Shown here one piece after another: positions 17,571 to 26,993 of a stretch of DNA of 36,148 bases (position 1 is its first letter; every line of letters begins with the position of its first letter). Source of the stretch: Candidatus Aminicenantales bacterium. GTDB taxonomy: Bacteria > Acidobacteriota > Aminicenantia > Aminicenantales > Saccharicenantaceae. The notes below the pieces were generated by a model. It saw only the letters and a program-made list of their open reading frames with translations. It was not told the DNA's origin and did not search any database. The position numbers and the translations under genes are program-made. The stretch spans positions 1-36,148 of the forward strand of contig JBEKXF010000031.1 of the NCBI GenBank assembly GCA_049512315.1, written 5' to 3'.

Positions 17571-20381
17571 TTGGAATGCCCGAAGTGCCGCGCCGCAAAC
17601 CCGGACACGTCCCGGTTCTGCAGCACCTGTGCGGCCCCGCTCCTGGCTGAACCGCCCGGGCCCCGCCCGTCTGCGCCCGGCGAGCCCCCGCCCCAGTCAT
17701 CCGCCTCCGCATCACCTCCGCCGATACCATCCGCCCCCGACGCTCCCTCTCTCACCAGGACCATCGAACCTCACCTGCGCGGCCTCGCCCCCGGGACAGT
17801 GGTCGCCGGCAAGTACCGTATCGTCGGGGAGGTCGGCCGGGGCGGCATGGGCGTCGTCTACGAAGCGGACGATCTCAAGCTCGGGCGCCCCGTCGCCCTA
17901 AAGTTCCTTCCCGGCGAGCTGACCTACGACGCCGAGGCCCGGGAGAGGTTCGTCCACGAGGCCCACGCGGCTTCGGTCCTCGACAACCAGCACATCTGCA
18001 CCATCTACGAGATCGCCGAGAGCGGCTCCGGGCAGATGTTCATCGCCATGGCCCTCTGCCACGGCGAAAGCCTGAGGGCCAAGGTCAAGCGCGGCCCGCT
18101 CCCGCCCGCCGAGGCCCTGTCCATCACCGCCCAGGTCGCCGACGGCCTGGCCGCCGCCCACGAGATAGGCATCGTCCACCGGGACATCAAACCCGGCAAC
18201 ATCCTCATCTCGAAAGATGGAACGGCCAGGATCGCCGATTTCGGCCTGGCCAAGATCGCCGGCGAGGCGCGCCTGACCCGGCCCGGAACCTCGATCGGGA
18301 CCGTCGCCTACATGTCGCCCGAGCAGATCCGCGGCGAGGACGTCGACGCCCGGACCGACGTCTGGTCGCTGGGGGTCGTCCTCTACGAAATGCTCACCGG
18401 CAGCCTGCCCTTCCACGGCGAGAACGAGCACTCCTTCGCCTTCGCCATCGTCCACAGCGACCCGAAACCCCTCGGCAACCTTCCGCCCGGCACTCCGGCG
18501 GGCTGCGGGCCGATCATCTCCAAAGCCATGGCCAAAGACCCTTCCGACAGGTTTGCTTCGGCCAGGGAGATGGCCGAGGCGCTGGCCTCCGTGATGGCGG
18601 GCGCCGGGTTTCGCCCACAACCCCTTCCCCGCCCCGCCTTCCTGAGGATGGCCCTCCCGGTCGTCCTTTGCGCGGCGGCCGTCTATGCCATCCTCGCCCT
18701 CGGCGTCCCCGGGAAAATCGCCACGCTCCTCGGCCTTGGCGGGCGTCCTGCCGGGCGCCACATCACCATCTTTGCTCCGAACGTCCTCGGCGACAACGCG
18801 GCAGACAAGGCCTTCGCCGGCGGGCTTGCCGAGTACCTGCGCCGCAAGCTTGACGAGATCGCCCGCCGGTCACGCTCCTGGGTCACTCCGGTCGAGCATC
18901 TCGAGATGTATGAGGTCCGCGAAGCCGCGGACGCCCAGCGGATCCTCGGGTCCAACGTCGTCGTCTCCGGGACGCTCAAGTGCGCCGGCGATAACCTGAC
19001 CTTGACCCTCGACGTCGTCGACCCGGCCCGCTACCGCCGGCTCGCGTCTCTGCCGAAGTCCGACAACATCGCCAACATCGCCACGTGGCAGGAAGACCTG
19101 GTCGTCGAAGCCGCCTCCGCCATCGGCCTGGCTCCCGCGCCGGGCGACAGGGCAGCCCTCGCCGCCGGCGGAACGACCGTGCCCGGAGCATTCGAATCCT
19201 ATATCCGGGGCCTCGGGCTCATGACCGGTCCCGAGACGACCGAAAACGCTGATGCGGCGATAGCGGCTTTTGAGGAGGCCGCCCTGCGCGACCCCTCTTT
19301 CTCCGCCGCCGGGCTCGGCCTGGCCGAAGCCTATTGGAGGAAACATACGCTCGGCAAGGATCAAGAGCAGGTCCTCAAGGCCGAATACCAGGTCCGCGCC
19401 GTCCTCAAAGCGAACGACAAGCTGGCTTACGGCCATCTGGTCCTTGGCAATGTGCTGCGGGGTCTCGGCCGGATGGACGAGGCGGTCCACGAATTCGAGC
19501 GGGCGCTTGCCCTCGACCCGCTTTCCTACGACACCCAGATCAAGCTCGGCTTCATCTACGAAGACACGCAACAGCCGGCCAAGGCCGAGGCGGCCTACCG
19601 CGCCGCCCAGCGAATACGGCCGGGCTACTGGGCCGCGGCGGGCAATCTCGGCTACTTCTACTTTTTCCGGGGCGCCTTCGACAAGGCCCGGGACGAGTTC
19701 GAGACGGTCACCCGGATCTGCCCCGGCAACATCAACGGCCTGAACAACCTCGGCGCTGCCGATTTCAAGCTCGGCGACAACGCCAAGGCCGGGGCCGCGT
19801 TCGAGCGCTCGAACGCGATCAAGAGGAACCCCGACGCCTGCTCGAACCTGGCCCATCTCTACTTCTACAGGGGCCGGTACGCGGACGCCGTGACCATGAA
19901 CGAGGCCGCGATCGGTTTCGGGCGGGGCGATTATCTGCTCTACGGCAACCTGGCCGACGCTTATCACTTCACTCCGGGGAATGAGGCCAAGGCGATCGAG
20001 GCCTATCGCAAGGCGATCGAGCTCGTCGAAAAAGAGCTCACCGCCAACCCGTCCGATTCCCACCTGCGATCGAGCCTGGCCGCATTCCTGGCTAAATTGG
20101 GCCAGGCCGAACGGGCCCGGACCGAGATCGCCGAGGCCCTCCGTGTTAAGCCCGGCGACACCTCAGTCGTCCTGAAGTCCGTCATGGTTTTCGAGCTCAG
20201 CGGCGCGCGCCCGCAGGCCCTCGAGGCCCTTCGCGAGTACACGCGGCTCAAGGGGCCGATGGACGAGATCGCCAAGGACCCGTTCCTGGCCGGGCTGAGG
20301 CAGGATCCGGGATACGCGGATGCCATCGAAGGCAAATCGGCCGGCGGAACCGGCACGAAGCCTGATAAAATCAAGAATTGA
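17571..20381 (+). CDS. Membrane Hanks-type Ser/Thr protein kinase with N-terminal zinc ribbon and C-terminal TPRs
   Basis: CPKC...CSTC; GRGGMGVVY, VALKFL, HRDIKPGN, DFGLAK and YMSPEQ motifs; a transmembrane segment; many TPRs. Confidence 0.93.
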   Translation: MECPKCRAANPDTSRFCSTCAAPLLAEPPGPRPSAPGEPPPQSSASASPPPIPSAPDAPSLTRTIEPHLRGLAPGTVVAGKYRIVGEVGRGGMGVVYEADDLKLGRPVALKFLPGELTYDAEARERFVHEAHAASVLDNQHICTIYEIAESGSGQMFIAMALCHGESLRAKVKRGPLPPAEALSITAQVADGLAAAHEIGIVHRDIKPGNILISKDGTARIADFGLAKIAGEARLTRPGTSIGTVAYMSPEQIRGEDVDARTDVWSLGVVLYEMLTGSLPFHGENEHSFAFAIVHSDPKPLGNLPPGTPAGCGPIISKAMAKDPSDRFASAREMAEALASVMAGAGFRPQPLPRPAFLRMALPVVLCAAAVYAILALGVPGKIATLLGLGGRPAGRHITIFAPNVLGDNAADKAFAGGLAEYLRRKLDEIARRSRSWVTPVEHLEMYEVREAADAQRILGSNVVVSGTLKCAGDNLTLTLDVVDPARYRRLASLPKSDNIANIATWQEDLVVEAASAIGLAPAPGDRAALAAGGTTVPGAFESYIRGLGLMTGPETTENADAAIAAFEEAALRDPSFSAAGLGLAEAYWRKHTLGKDQEQVLKAEYQVRAVLKANDKLAYGHLVLGNVLRGLGRMDEAVHEFERALALDPLSYDTQIKLGFIYEDTQQPAKAEAAYRAAQRIRPGYWAAAGNLGYFYFFRGAFDKARDEFETVTRICPGNINGLNNLGAADFKLGDNAKAGAAFERSNAIKRNPDACSNLAHLYFYRGRYADAVTMNEAAIGFGRGDYLLYGNLADAYHFTPGNEAKAIEAYRKAIELVEKELTANPSDSHLRSSLAAFLAKLGQAERARTEIAEALRVKPGDTSVVLKSVMVFELSGARPQALEALREYTRLKGPMDEIAKDPFLAGLRQDPGYADAIEGKSAGGTGTKPDKIKN

Positions 20382-20392
20382 AGGAGGTCATC

Positions 20393-20716
20393 ATGGTGGA
20401 ACATGCGATCACGGAACACAAGGTCAACATCAGCATCAAGGAGAAAAAGTTCAAGTACAACAAGGAGTGCCTCTGCGTCGAGAGAGGGGACACGATCACG
20501 TGGAAGCTCAATCCCAAATTCCCCTACGGCATCGTCATCAAGGCGCTGGTCTCTCCGCTCGACTGGTCCTACAAAATGACGGGAAAGGGCGAGGTGATCA
20601 CTGCCAAGGTGAGCAAGCACGCCGCTCCGGGACTCTATCCCTACGGCGTCGGTGCCTTCGACGGGGAGGAGCTGCTGTTCGACGACCCGGAGATCATCGT
20701 CCGCCGTCCCGGCTGA
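20393..20716 (+). CDS. Small beta-rich hypothetical protein with C-terminal DP motif (DP-EP/cupredoxin-like?)
   Basis: Strong AAGGAGGT SD and host-like codon usage; LCVERGDTITW and terminal DDPEIIV motifs; no signal peptide. Confidence 0.7.
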   Translation: MVEHAITEHKVNISIKEKKFKYNKECLCVERGDTITWKLNPKFPYGIVIKALVSPLDWSYKMTGKGEVITAKVSKHAAPGLYPYGVGAFDGEELLFDDPEIIVRRPG

Positions 20717-20853
20717 TGAGGTCGAATCGGTTCCCGTTTCGCGCCGCTGACCGGAAGTTTGTGGATTATCCTAGTAGGCGGAGCACAGGTGATTTGTGCT
20801 AATAATATACATCTTCCGCTTCTTCCAATGCGGAAAAACACGAGGAGGCCAAG

Positions 20854-22662
20854 ATGAAGAAACGACGCGCCCGCGGCCATCTCATGGTATTGATCGCTCT
20901 TGCGGCCATGACAAGCCTAGCCGTCTCCCAGGCGGCCTCCCCAGGTCCGCGCCCCCTCCAGATAGCCGCCTCGGGCTCGGCCTCGGCCTCAGATTCAGAT
21001 AAAGCCGCCATCGCCGACACCCGGACCTACCTCCAACGCCTGGAAAAGCTCGGCTTCGCCGGAGTCGTCCTCGTTGCCAAGGCAGGCGCACCCCTTTTCG
21101 CCGAGGGCTACGGACTAGCCGACCGCGAGCTCGGCCTGCGCTGGACGCCGGCCACGGTCTCCTGCACCGGCTCGATCACGAAGCAGTTCACGGGCGCGGC
21201 CATCCTCAAGCTCGAAGAGGAAAAAAAGCTGAGCGTCACCGACCCGATCACCCTTTACTTCAAAGACGTCCCGGCCGACAAGGCGCAAATCACCCTCCAC
21301 CACCTGCTGACCCATTCCTCTGGTCTGTCCGACCCGGAGGACATCGGCGACTATGACCCGGTCCCGCTCGCCGATTACGTGCGCAAGGTCCTCGCCCAGC
21401 GCCTCCTCTTCGCTCCCGGGGCGGGATACACCTACGCCAACGCGAACTTCAGCCTCCTCGGGGCGATTATCGAGAAGCTCTCGGGCATGAGCTACGAGGC
21501 CTTCCTGCGGGAGCGGCTGTTTCTGCCGAGCGGAATGTACGAGACGGGCTATCTCCTGCCGCAATGGGGCGACGGCCGCATGGCCCAGGGCTACCGCGCC
21601 GGGGAGCGCTGGGGCACGGTCCTGGGGCACCCCATGGCCGCTGACGGCCCGCACTGGGCGCTTCGGGCCAACGGCGGCATCCATTCGACCGTATACGACA
21701 TGCTCCGCTGGGCCCAAGCCCTGCTCGAGGGGCGGGTCCTCTCGCCCGAGTCCATGAAGAAATACTGGGCGCCCCACGTCAGCGAGGGCGGCGATACCTT
21801 CTACGGCTACGGCTGGTCCATCGCCAAGGCCCCGGACGGGACGAAGATCGTCACCCACAACGGCGGCAACGGCATCTTCTTCGCCGACCTGGCCATCGTC
21901 CCGGACACGGGGCTCGTCGTCTTTCTCATGACCAACGTCATTGCCGAGAGCCGCGTCGCGAATTCCCTGCTCGGACAGCTCGGCATGCGCTTCTTCGCCG
22001 GCCAGCCGTATCCCCCGATCCCGGAGATCGTGGACTTGGACGAGGCGGCTCTGAAAGCGCTTGCGGGAACTTACCGCCTGACCGGCGACGGGGGAGGGTA
22101 CCGCCTGACTATGGACGGCAAAGCCCTCTTCATCGAGGCGGAAGGCCAGAACGCGTTCGCCCTTCTCAACTCCGTCCGGGAGGCCGAGCCGGGTCGCCTC
22201 GAAAAGCTCGATCGTCTCACGGATCAGATCATCACCGGCAACAGGGCCGGCGATTTCGCCCCGCTCTTCAAGGCCTATGGCGGTCAAATACCCATCGAAC
22301 GCCTGAAGGCCCGCTGGGCTGAGGTGGCCCAGGCGGTCGAGGAGGGACGCGGCCGCATCCTGCGCTTCGAAGTCCTCGGCACGGCCAGGACCCAGGACAG
22401 GGACGAGACTGTGGTCCGTTTCCACGGCGAGAAGGGATACGTCGATATGACCTATGTTTGGGACCTCAAGGAAGAAGGCCGGCTCCTGGGCAGGTCCGAT
22501 CGCGGGCTGACTGTGCGCCTTCGCCTCTTTCCTTCGGGCGAGCGGGATTTCTTCACGTGGGACGGCGGGATCAGGCCTCCCAAAGTTGTGCATTTCGAGG
22601 CCGGCGCTGACGGCAAGATGGGTCTCAGGCTAGAGAGCGCAAAAGATGTGGCCGTGAGGTGA
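20854..22662 (+). CDS. Serine hydrolase, beta-lactamase/PBP-like family, exported
   Basis: SITK (SxxK), YAN (YxN), LLTHSSG and HNGG motifs; signal peptide. Confidence 0.9.
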   Translation: MKKRRARGHLMVLIALAAMTSLAVSQAASPGPRPLQIAASGSASASDSDKAAIADTRTYLQRLEKLGFAGVVLVAKAGAPLFAEGYGLADRELGLRWTPATVSCTGSITKQFTGAAILKLEEEKKLSVTDPITLYFKDVPADKAQITLHHLLTHSSGLSDPEDIGDYDPVPLADYVRKVLAQRLLFAPGAGYTYANANFSLLGAIIEKLSGMSYEAFLRERLFLPSGMYETGYLLPQWGDGRMAQGYRAGERWGTVLGHPMAADGPHWALRANGGIHSTVYDMLRWAQALLEGRVLSPESMKKYWAPHVSEGGDTFYGYGWSIAKAPDGTKIVTHNGGNGIFFADLAIVPDTGLVVFLMTNVIAESRVANSLLGQLGMRFFAGQPYPPIPEIVDLDEAALKALAGTYRLTGDGGGYRLTMDGKALFIEAEGQNAFALLNSVREAEPGRLEKLDRLTDQIITGNRAGDFAPLFKAYGGQIPIERLKARWAEVAQAVEEGRGRILRFEVLGTARTQDRDETVVRFHGEKGYVDMTYVWDLKEEGRLLGRSDRGLTVRLRLFPSGERDFFTWDGGIRPPKVVHFEAGADGKMGLRLESAKDVAVR

Positions 22663-22687
22663 TCTCGTCCTGAATATTAAGGATGAG

Positions 22688-25600
22688 ATGAGAAAACGCG
22701 GGTCCTGCGGCATTCGCGTTGGGACGATCTTTCTTGCAACCCTGACCTTGGCTTTCGCCGTGTGCTCATCGCGCTCATCCCAGGAAACGGACCTTAACGC
22801 AGGCAAGAACTCGCTTCAGCCGGCCCAATCAGAACCAATCATCAAGGTCGTCACGGACGAGGCCGTAGCCGGGCTCTCCTTTCTGAGTTGGGATACCGAG
22901 GGAGGGGAGAAGGCCGCGACGAACCTGCTGCGGGCGGAAAATTCGGTCCGCGTCCAGTTTCTGACCGATGGCTTGTGGAACGATGCCAAGATGGTCGACC
23001 GCCGGGTCGTGAACGGGGGAGAAACGGTCGTGTACGGGCTCGAGGCGGGAACAGTGCGGCTCGAGTGGAAAATCGAGACTGGAGCGGTGGCGGGCGTGGG
23101 GTCCGGCTCGCTCAAGCTCATCCTCTTAGCCCACTCATCAGTCGTCGACAATCCCAAGCGTTCATCTGCTGACGCCACCACGCTGTCCAGCGCCCCTTCC
23201 GTCGCCACACCCCTCCGCCTCATCCTTCCCTTCGACCCCAAAATCACTTCGACGACCGTGCTCCCGGGCGACTGGCTCGATAACGGGACATTCCGCCTCC
23301 CCGCGGTCGTCAACGCGCCCGACTTCGGCCCGATGCTGGTCGCGGAGTCATCAGGCCGCTCCCTTATCGGCCGCCTTACGGGCAGCCGCGCCGCCAAGAT
23401 CGTCGACCTCGCCCTCGATCTCCCGGAAATCGCCCCCGGCAAGCCGGTCGCACTCACCCTCTCGCCGCTCCTCCTCCCTCCGCCCCCGGGGCTCCGCGCG
23501 ACCGACCTCTGGCTTGCCGCCCGCCGCGGCTGGCTCAACGCCCTTCAGCCGTGCTCCCGCTGGGGCGAGCAAACTAAACCCTTCAGCTCGCCGCCCGGGA
23601 TCCTCGGCAACAACGTCATCAGCGACCCTGCCAGCATCTCGGTCTGGTTCTACGCCGACCAGGCCTTCTTCACGCCCGAGATCGCCCCGGGCATCTCGCT
23701 CATGCCCCTCGTCCGCCGGACGATCGACTACTGGCTCGACCAGCGCATGCGCCGCGACTCCGCCGGCCGCCTGACGGGCGAGATCACGGGCTACTGGGAC
23801 TACGGGAATTTCCTCGATGCCGAAGCCTCGCCGCTCATCGCCGCCTGGGATTACGTCGAATCGACGGGCGACCTCGCCTGGCTCGGGCGCCGAATCGAGC
23901 GCCTCGAGCTCGTAGCCGGTTTCCTGGCCCGACGCGACGTCGACGGGGACGGCTTCGTCGAGGCCACCCAGAGTGGTGACCGCGGGACGCTCGTCCAGCC
24001 CAACCGGTCCTGCGCCTGGTGGGACGCGCTCAACTGCGGCCACAAGGACGGCTACACCAACGCCCTGATCTACCGCGCTTGGCGCTCGTTCGCGGACCTC
24101 GAGCAGAAGCTCGGCCGAGCGGAGAAGGCCGCCGGGTACACGCGGCTCGCGGACCGGCTCAAGGCCGTCTATGCCAAGACTCTTTACAATCCGCAAACCG
24201 GGTGGCTCGCCTGGTGGAAGAGCCGGGACGGGGAGTTTCACGACTACGCTTCGCCGACCCTCAACGGCCTCGCCATCGAATACGGCCTGGTCGAGCCGGC
24301 GTTGGGGCGCCAGATCCTCAACCGGCTTTGGAAAAAGATGGCCGAGGCCGGGTTCACGCGCTTCGACCTCGGCGTGCCGCCCATGCTCGTCCCGGTCCGG
24401 CGGAGCGATTATCTCCAGCCCGACGCGATCGGCATCCCCAAGCGCGAGGACGGTACGGACACCTTCGGCTGGTACATGAACGGCGGGATCACGGCCGGCC
24501 AGGTCCTTCATTTCCTGGCCGCGCACTACGTCCTCGGCGAGAACGAGCGGGCCGATAAGGTGTTGCGGACCATGCTCGAGCGACAGCAACGCGGCGAATT
24601 CCAGAACGGCGTTCGCGACGCCGGCGGCCAGGGCATCGATTGGACGAGCTGGGACGGGAAGCCGACCGGCTACGAGGGCTACCTCGCCGACAGCTTCCGC
24701 TTCCTGCAGGCGGTGCTGCTGCGGGAGGAATCGTTTAGGGCGAAGCTCTACCGCCCGCTGCGCGGCGATGGGCCGCCTCAGACAAAAAATAGTCCGGGCC
24801 TTATCCCTGGTCGTGATAATAGGTCTCCGCAAGCCGCTGTCTTAGATCGCGCACCCGGCGCCCGGCTGCGAGCGGACATCGCTTTCCTCGAGGACGCCAC
24901 GAAAAAGATGCTCGAAGGCTGCGTCATGAAGGCCTCCGACGCGACGCTTCTTTATACGCCCGACGGCAAAGCTAATTACGCGGCTCTCTGGACGCGAGAT
25001 TTTGCGTACATGGTGGAGAACGCCGGCGACCTCATGCCGCCGGAAAACATCGAAAAGTGCATCGAGTACCTGATCAGAGGCATCAGGGCGGACGGAGCGG
25101 TTCCCGATCACGTCCAGGTCGACGGCCGGCCGGTCTATGCGGCCGGGGCTCCGGAAAATCCCTTGGGAGAGACGGGCATCGACAATGCCCAATTCCTCGT
25201 TTTCGCGGTGACGAGCTATCTCGAGATGATTCCCCCGGAACGGCGGGCGGCCCTCTACGCGAAATGGTCTGCTCATCTCGTAAAAGGCATGAATTATATC
25301 CCTCTCGCCGCGAACGGACTCGTCTGGAATGACCCCGTCAAGCCCCATTCGCCCTACGGCTTTACCGACACGGTCGGCAAGACCGGGGAGCTTTTCATGG
25401 AATCGCTCCTCTATTGGCGGGCGTGCAAAATGCTGGCTCGGTGGGAGGGCCTGTATGGAAGCGGGAAGACCCGGGGCAGGTTGATGGCGCGCGCCCGGGC
25501 CATAGAAAAGAACATCGGCTTGCTTTGGGACAAAAAAACGGGGATGTTCTTCGCCGCCTCTAAGGACTGCCGGCAGACCGACATCTGGGGCAACGCCTTC

Positions 25601-25972
25601 GCCGTGTCCATCGATTTCCCGCTGGCGGGGAAAAGGGACCGCGTCGTCGATTGGCTGGTCTCCAACTATGACCGCTATGTCTGGAATGGACAGGTCCGGC
25701 ATCTCCCGAAGGGCGAATACTGGGAACGCCAGCTCATGTCTGTCGAGAAAGAAAGTTATCAGAACGGGGCGTTCTGGGCGACGCCCGCGGGCTGGGTCAT
25801 GTCGGTTTTGAACGGACGGGATCCGGCGCTGGCGAGGCGGATGTTCCGCGACCTGATCGAAGATTTTAGAACAGGCGGCATTTGCGAATGCGTCAATGCC
25901 GGCTACCGGAAACTCGAGAGCTACGTCGACAGCGCCACGAACCCCCTGGGCGCGGCGCGGAAGATATTCTGA
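22688..25972 (+). CDS. Large exported protein with two tandem (alpha/alpha)6-type glycoside hydrolase-like domains
   Basis: Domain 1 has DVDGDGFVE, WWDALNCG and YMNGG. Domain 2 has YAALWTRDFAY, YGFTDTV and YQNGAFW. A possible lipobox ends at the Cys of LAFAVC. The GH family cannot be assigned by eye. Confidence 0.7.
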   Translation: MRKRGSCGIRVGTIFLATLTLAFAVCSSRSSQETDLNAGKNSLQPAQSEPIIKVVTDEAVAGLSFLSWDTEGGEKAATNLLRAENSVRVQFLTDGLWNDAKMVDRRVVNGGETVVYGLEAGTVRLEWKIETGAVAGVGSGSLKLILLAHSSVVDNPKRSSADATTLSSAPSVATPLRLILPFDPKITSTTVLPGDWLDNGTFRLPAVVNAPDFGPMLVAESSGRSLIGRLTGSRAAKIVDLALDLPEIAPGKPVALTLSPLLLPPPPGLRATDLWLAARRGWLNALQPCSRWGEQTKPFSSPPGILGNNVISDPASISVWFYADQAFFTPEIAPGISLMPLVRRTIDYWLDQRMRRDSAGRLTGEITGYWDYGNFLDAEASPLIAAWDYVESTGDLAWLGRRIERLELVAGFLARRDVDGDGFVEATQSGDRGTLVQPNRSCAWWDALNCGHKDGYTNALIYRAWRSFADLEQKLGRAEKAAGYTRLADRLKAVYAKTLYNPQTGWLAWWKSRDGEFHDYASPTLNGLAIEYGLVEPALGRQILNRLWKKMAEAGFTRFDLGVPPMLVPVRRSDYLQPDAIGIPKREDGTDTFGWYMNGGITAGQVLHFLAAHYVLGENERADKVLRTMLERQQRGEFQNGVRDAGGQGIDWTSWDGKPTGYEGYLADSFRFLQAVLLREESFRAKLYRPLRGDGPPQTKNSPGLIPGRDNRSPQAAVLDRAPGARLRADIAFLEDATKKMLEGCVMKASDATLLYTPDGKANYAALWTRDFAYMVENAGDLMPPENIEKCIEYLIRGIRADGAVPDHVQVDGRPVYAAGAPENPLGETGIDNAQFLVFAVTSYLEMIPPERRAALYAKWSAHLVKGMNYIPLAANGLVWNDPVKPHSPYGFTDTVGKTGELFMESLLYWRACKMLARWEGLYGSGKTRGRLMARARAIEKNIGLLWDKKTGMFFAASKDCRQTDIWGNAFAVSIDFPLAGKRDRVVDWLVSNYDRYVWNGQVRHLPKGEYWERQLMSVEKESYQNGAFWATPAGWVMSVLNGRDPALARRMFRDLIEDFRTGGICECVNAGYRKLESYVDSATNPLGAARKIF

Positions 25973-25998
25973 ACTATTGCCCTGCCGCAGGCCTTAGA

Positions 25999-26352
25999 TT
26001 AACGAGGAGTCCTAAGGGAGTCCCCAACTTCCTTTTCGAGCGCCCTGCGGACGAGTCGGTTCAGCGAAATTCCCTCGCTGATCGACTTGCGGACCGCCCG
26101 CTTATGAAGGTCAGAAGAGATCCGGATGTTGAAGCTGCCCCCATAGGATTTTTGAGCGCTTTTTCCGGCCTTCCGGCAAAGCTCGATATAGTCCTCGACC
26201 GCGTCCCTAAAGCAACCCTTAAGTTCATCAACGGAGCGACCCTCAAAGGTCACGAGATCGTCGATGCCCTCGATCCTGCCGTGAAAGCACTCGTCTTCAG
26301 GGCTATAATAAACGGAGCCTAAGAATCCCTTGTAGCGAAGGGCGTTTTTCAT
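25999..26352 (-). CDS. hicB: HicB family antitoxin
   Basis: YKGFLGSVYYS...FHGRIEGIDDLVTFEG...AVEDY...GSFNIRI...SLN pattern; ATGA overlap with hicA. Confidence 0.92.
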   Translation of the reverse strand: MKNALRYKGFLGSVYYSPEDECFHGRIEGIDDLVTFEGRSVDELKGCFRDAVEDYIELCRKAGKSAQKSYGGSFNIRISSDLHKRAVRKSISEGISLNRLVRRALEKEVGDSLRTPR

Positions 26353-26609
26353 GGCAGGAAGCCCTTCCTCTTGAGTTCACGTTCGATATCATCTATTTGA
26401 TATCGTTTTAGGACCGTGCTTGGATGGGGTTTGTGAAGACGGATGATATGTTTGCTGTTTTCATCGATAAAAGCGGCTTGAGACCCTGATGTCTTTCCAG
26501 CTTTCATTTTGAGATATCCGTAGCGTTTCAAAAGCGTTGCGAGCTCGTCATATGTGAAATCCTTGGGCTTTGCCAAGAATCTTGTCAGAAGCTTTTGACG
26601 ACGGCTCAT
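26349..26609 (-). CDS. hicA: HicA family toxin
   Basis: PKDFTYDEL...GKTSGS...IRLHKPHP pattern; upstream of hicB; lower GC than the flanks. Confidence 0.9.
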   Translation of the reverse strand: MSRRQKLLTRFLAKPKDFTYDELATLLKRYGYLKMKAGKTSGSQAAFIDENSKHIIRLHKPHPSTVLKRYQIDDIERELKRKGFLP

Positions 26610-26636
26610 GAATACGATATCAAAATAAATTTGATA

Positions 26637-26659
26637 ATGCAACTATAATTTAGTCGCAT
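26637..26659. promoter_or_regulatory. Putative hicAB operator
   Basis: ATGCAACTA-TAATT-TAGTCGCAT, a 9-bp inverted repeat with one mismatch upstream of hicA. Confidence 0.5.
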
Positions 26660-26784
26660 ACGGCAACTCTCATGATTGTGCATTATAAAGGGACGAACGG
26701 TGGGAGGCCTTTTTCGCACAGACAGAATCTGTAATTACCGTTCAGATGAGTTGGCCAGATCCCAATTCAATAAAACGCGATATC

Positions 26785-26886
26785 TCAGGCTGTCGGATCG
26801 ACCGGCTCGAGGAAAGGAAACCGGTGGAAATCGGTGTCGCGCGTATAGATCTTCGCTATCCCGTGCTCCCGCATCAGGATCGCCGT
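26785..26886 (-). pseudogene. vapC: 3' remnant of a VapC/PIN toxin gene
   Basis: Manual translation gives TAILMREHGIAKIYTRDTDFHRFPFLEPVDPTA*, a typical PIN C-terminus (TxDxDF). The 5' part is missing and a family B repeat sits in its place. Confidence 0.8.
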
Positions 26887-26896
26887 AAATCTTCGA

Positions 26897-26990
26897 TTTT
26901 GGCCCCGAAAACGCGGACTTAAGGCCGAAAAAGTGGCTGGAAAACTAATTAATTATATTGATATCAGCGAGTTACTATGGTCCGACCCCC
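26897..26990 (+). repeat. Single, left-truncated unit of repeat family B
   Basis: GAAAACGCGGACTTAAGGCCGAAAAAG, an AT tract, then TATCAGCGAGTTA-CTATGGTCCGACCCCC. It aligns by eye with both arms of 12850-13109. Confidence 0.85.
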
Positions 26991-26993
26991 TTT

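Noticed and set aside
20854..22662. True beta-lactamase call
   Set aside because: SxxK, YxN and HxG motifs are shared across the broad serine hydrolase family, and the long C-terminal extension is unlike class C beta-lactamases.
26676..26888. 70-aa plus-strand ORF
   Set aside because: It has no motifs, and the opposite strand carries a recognisable vapC remnant.
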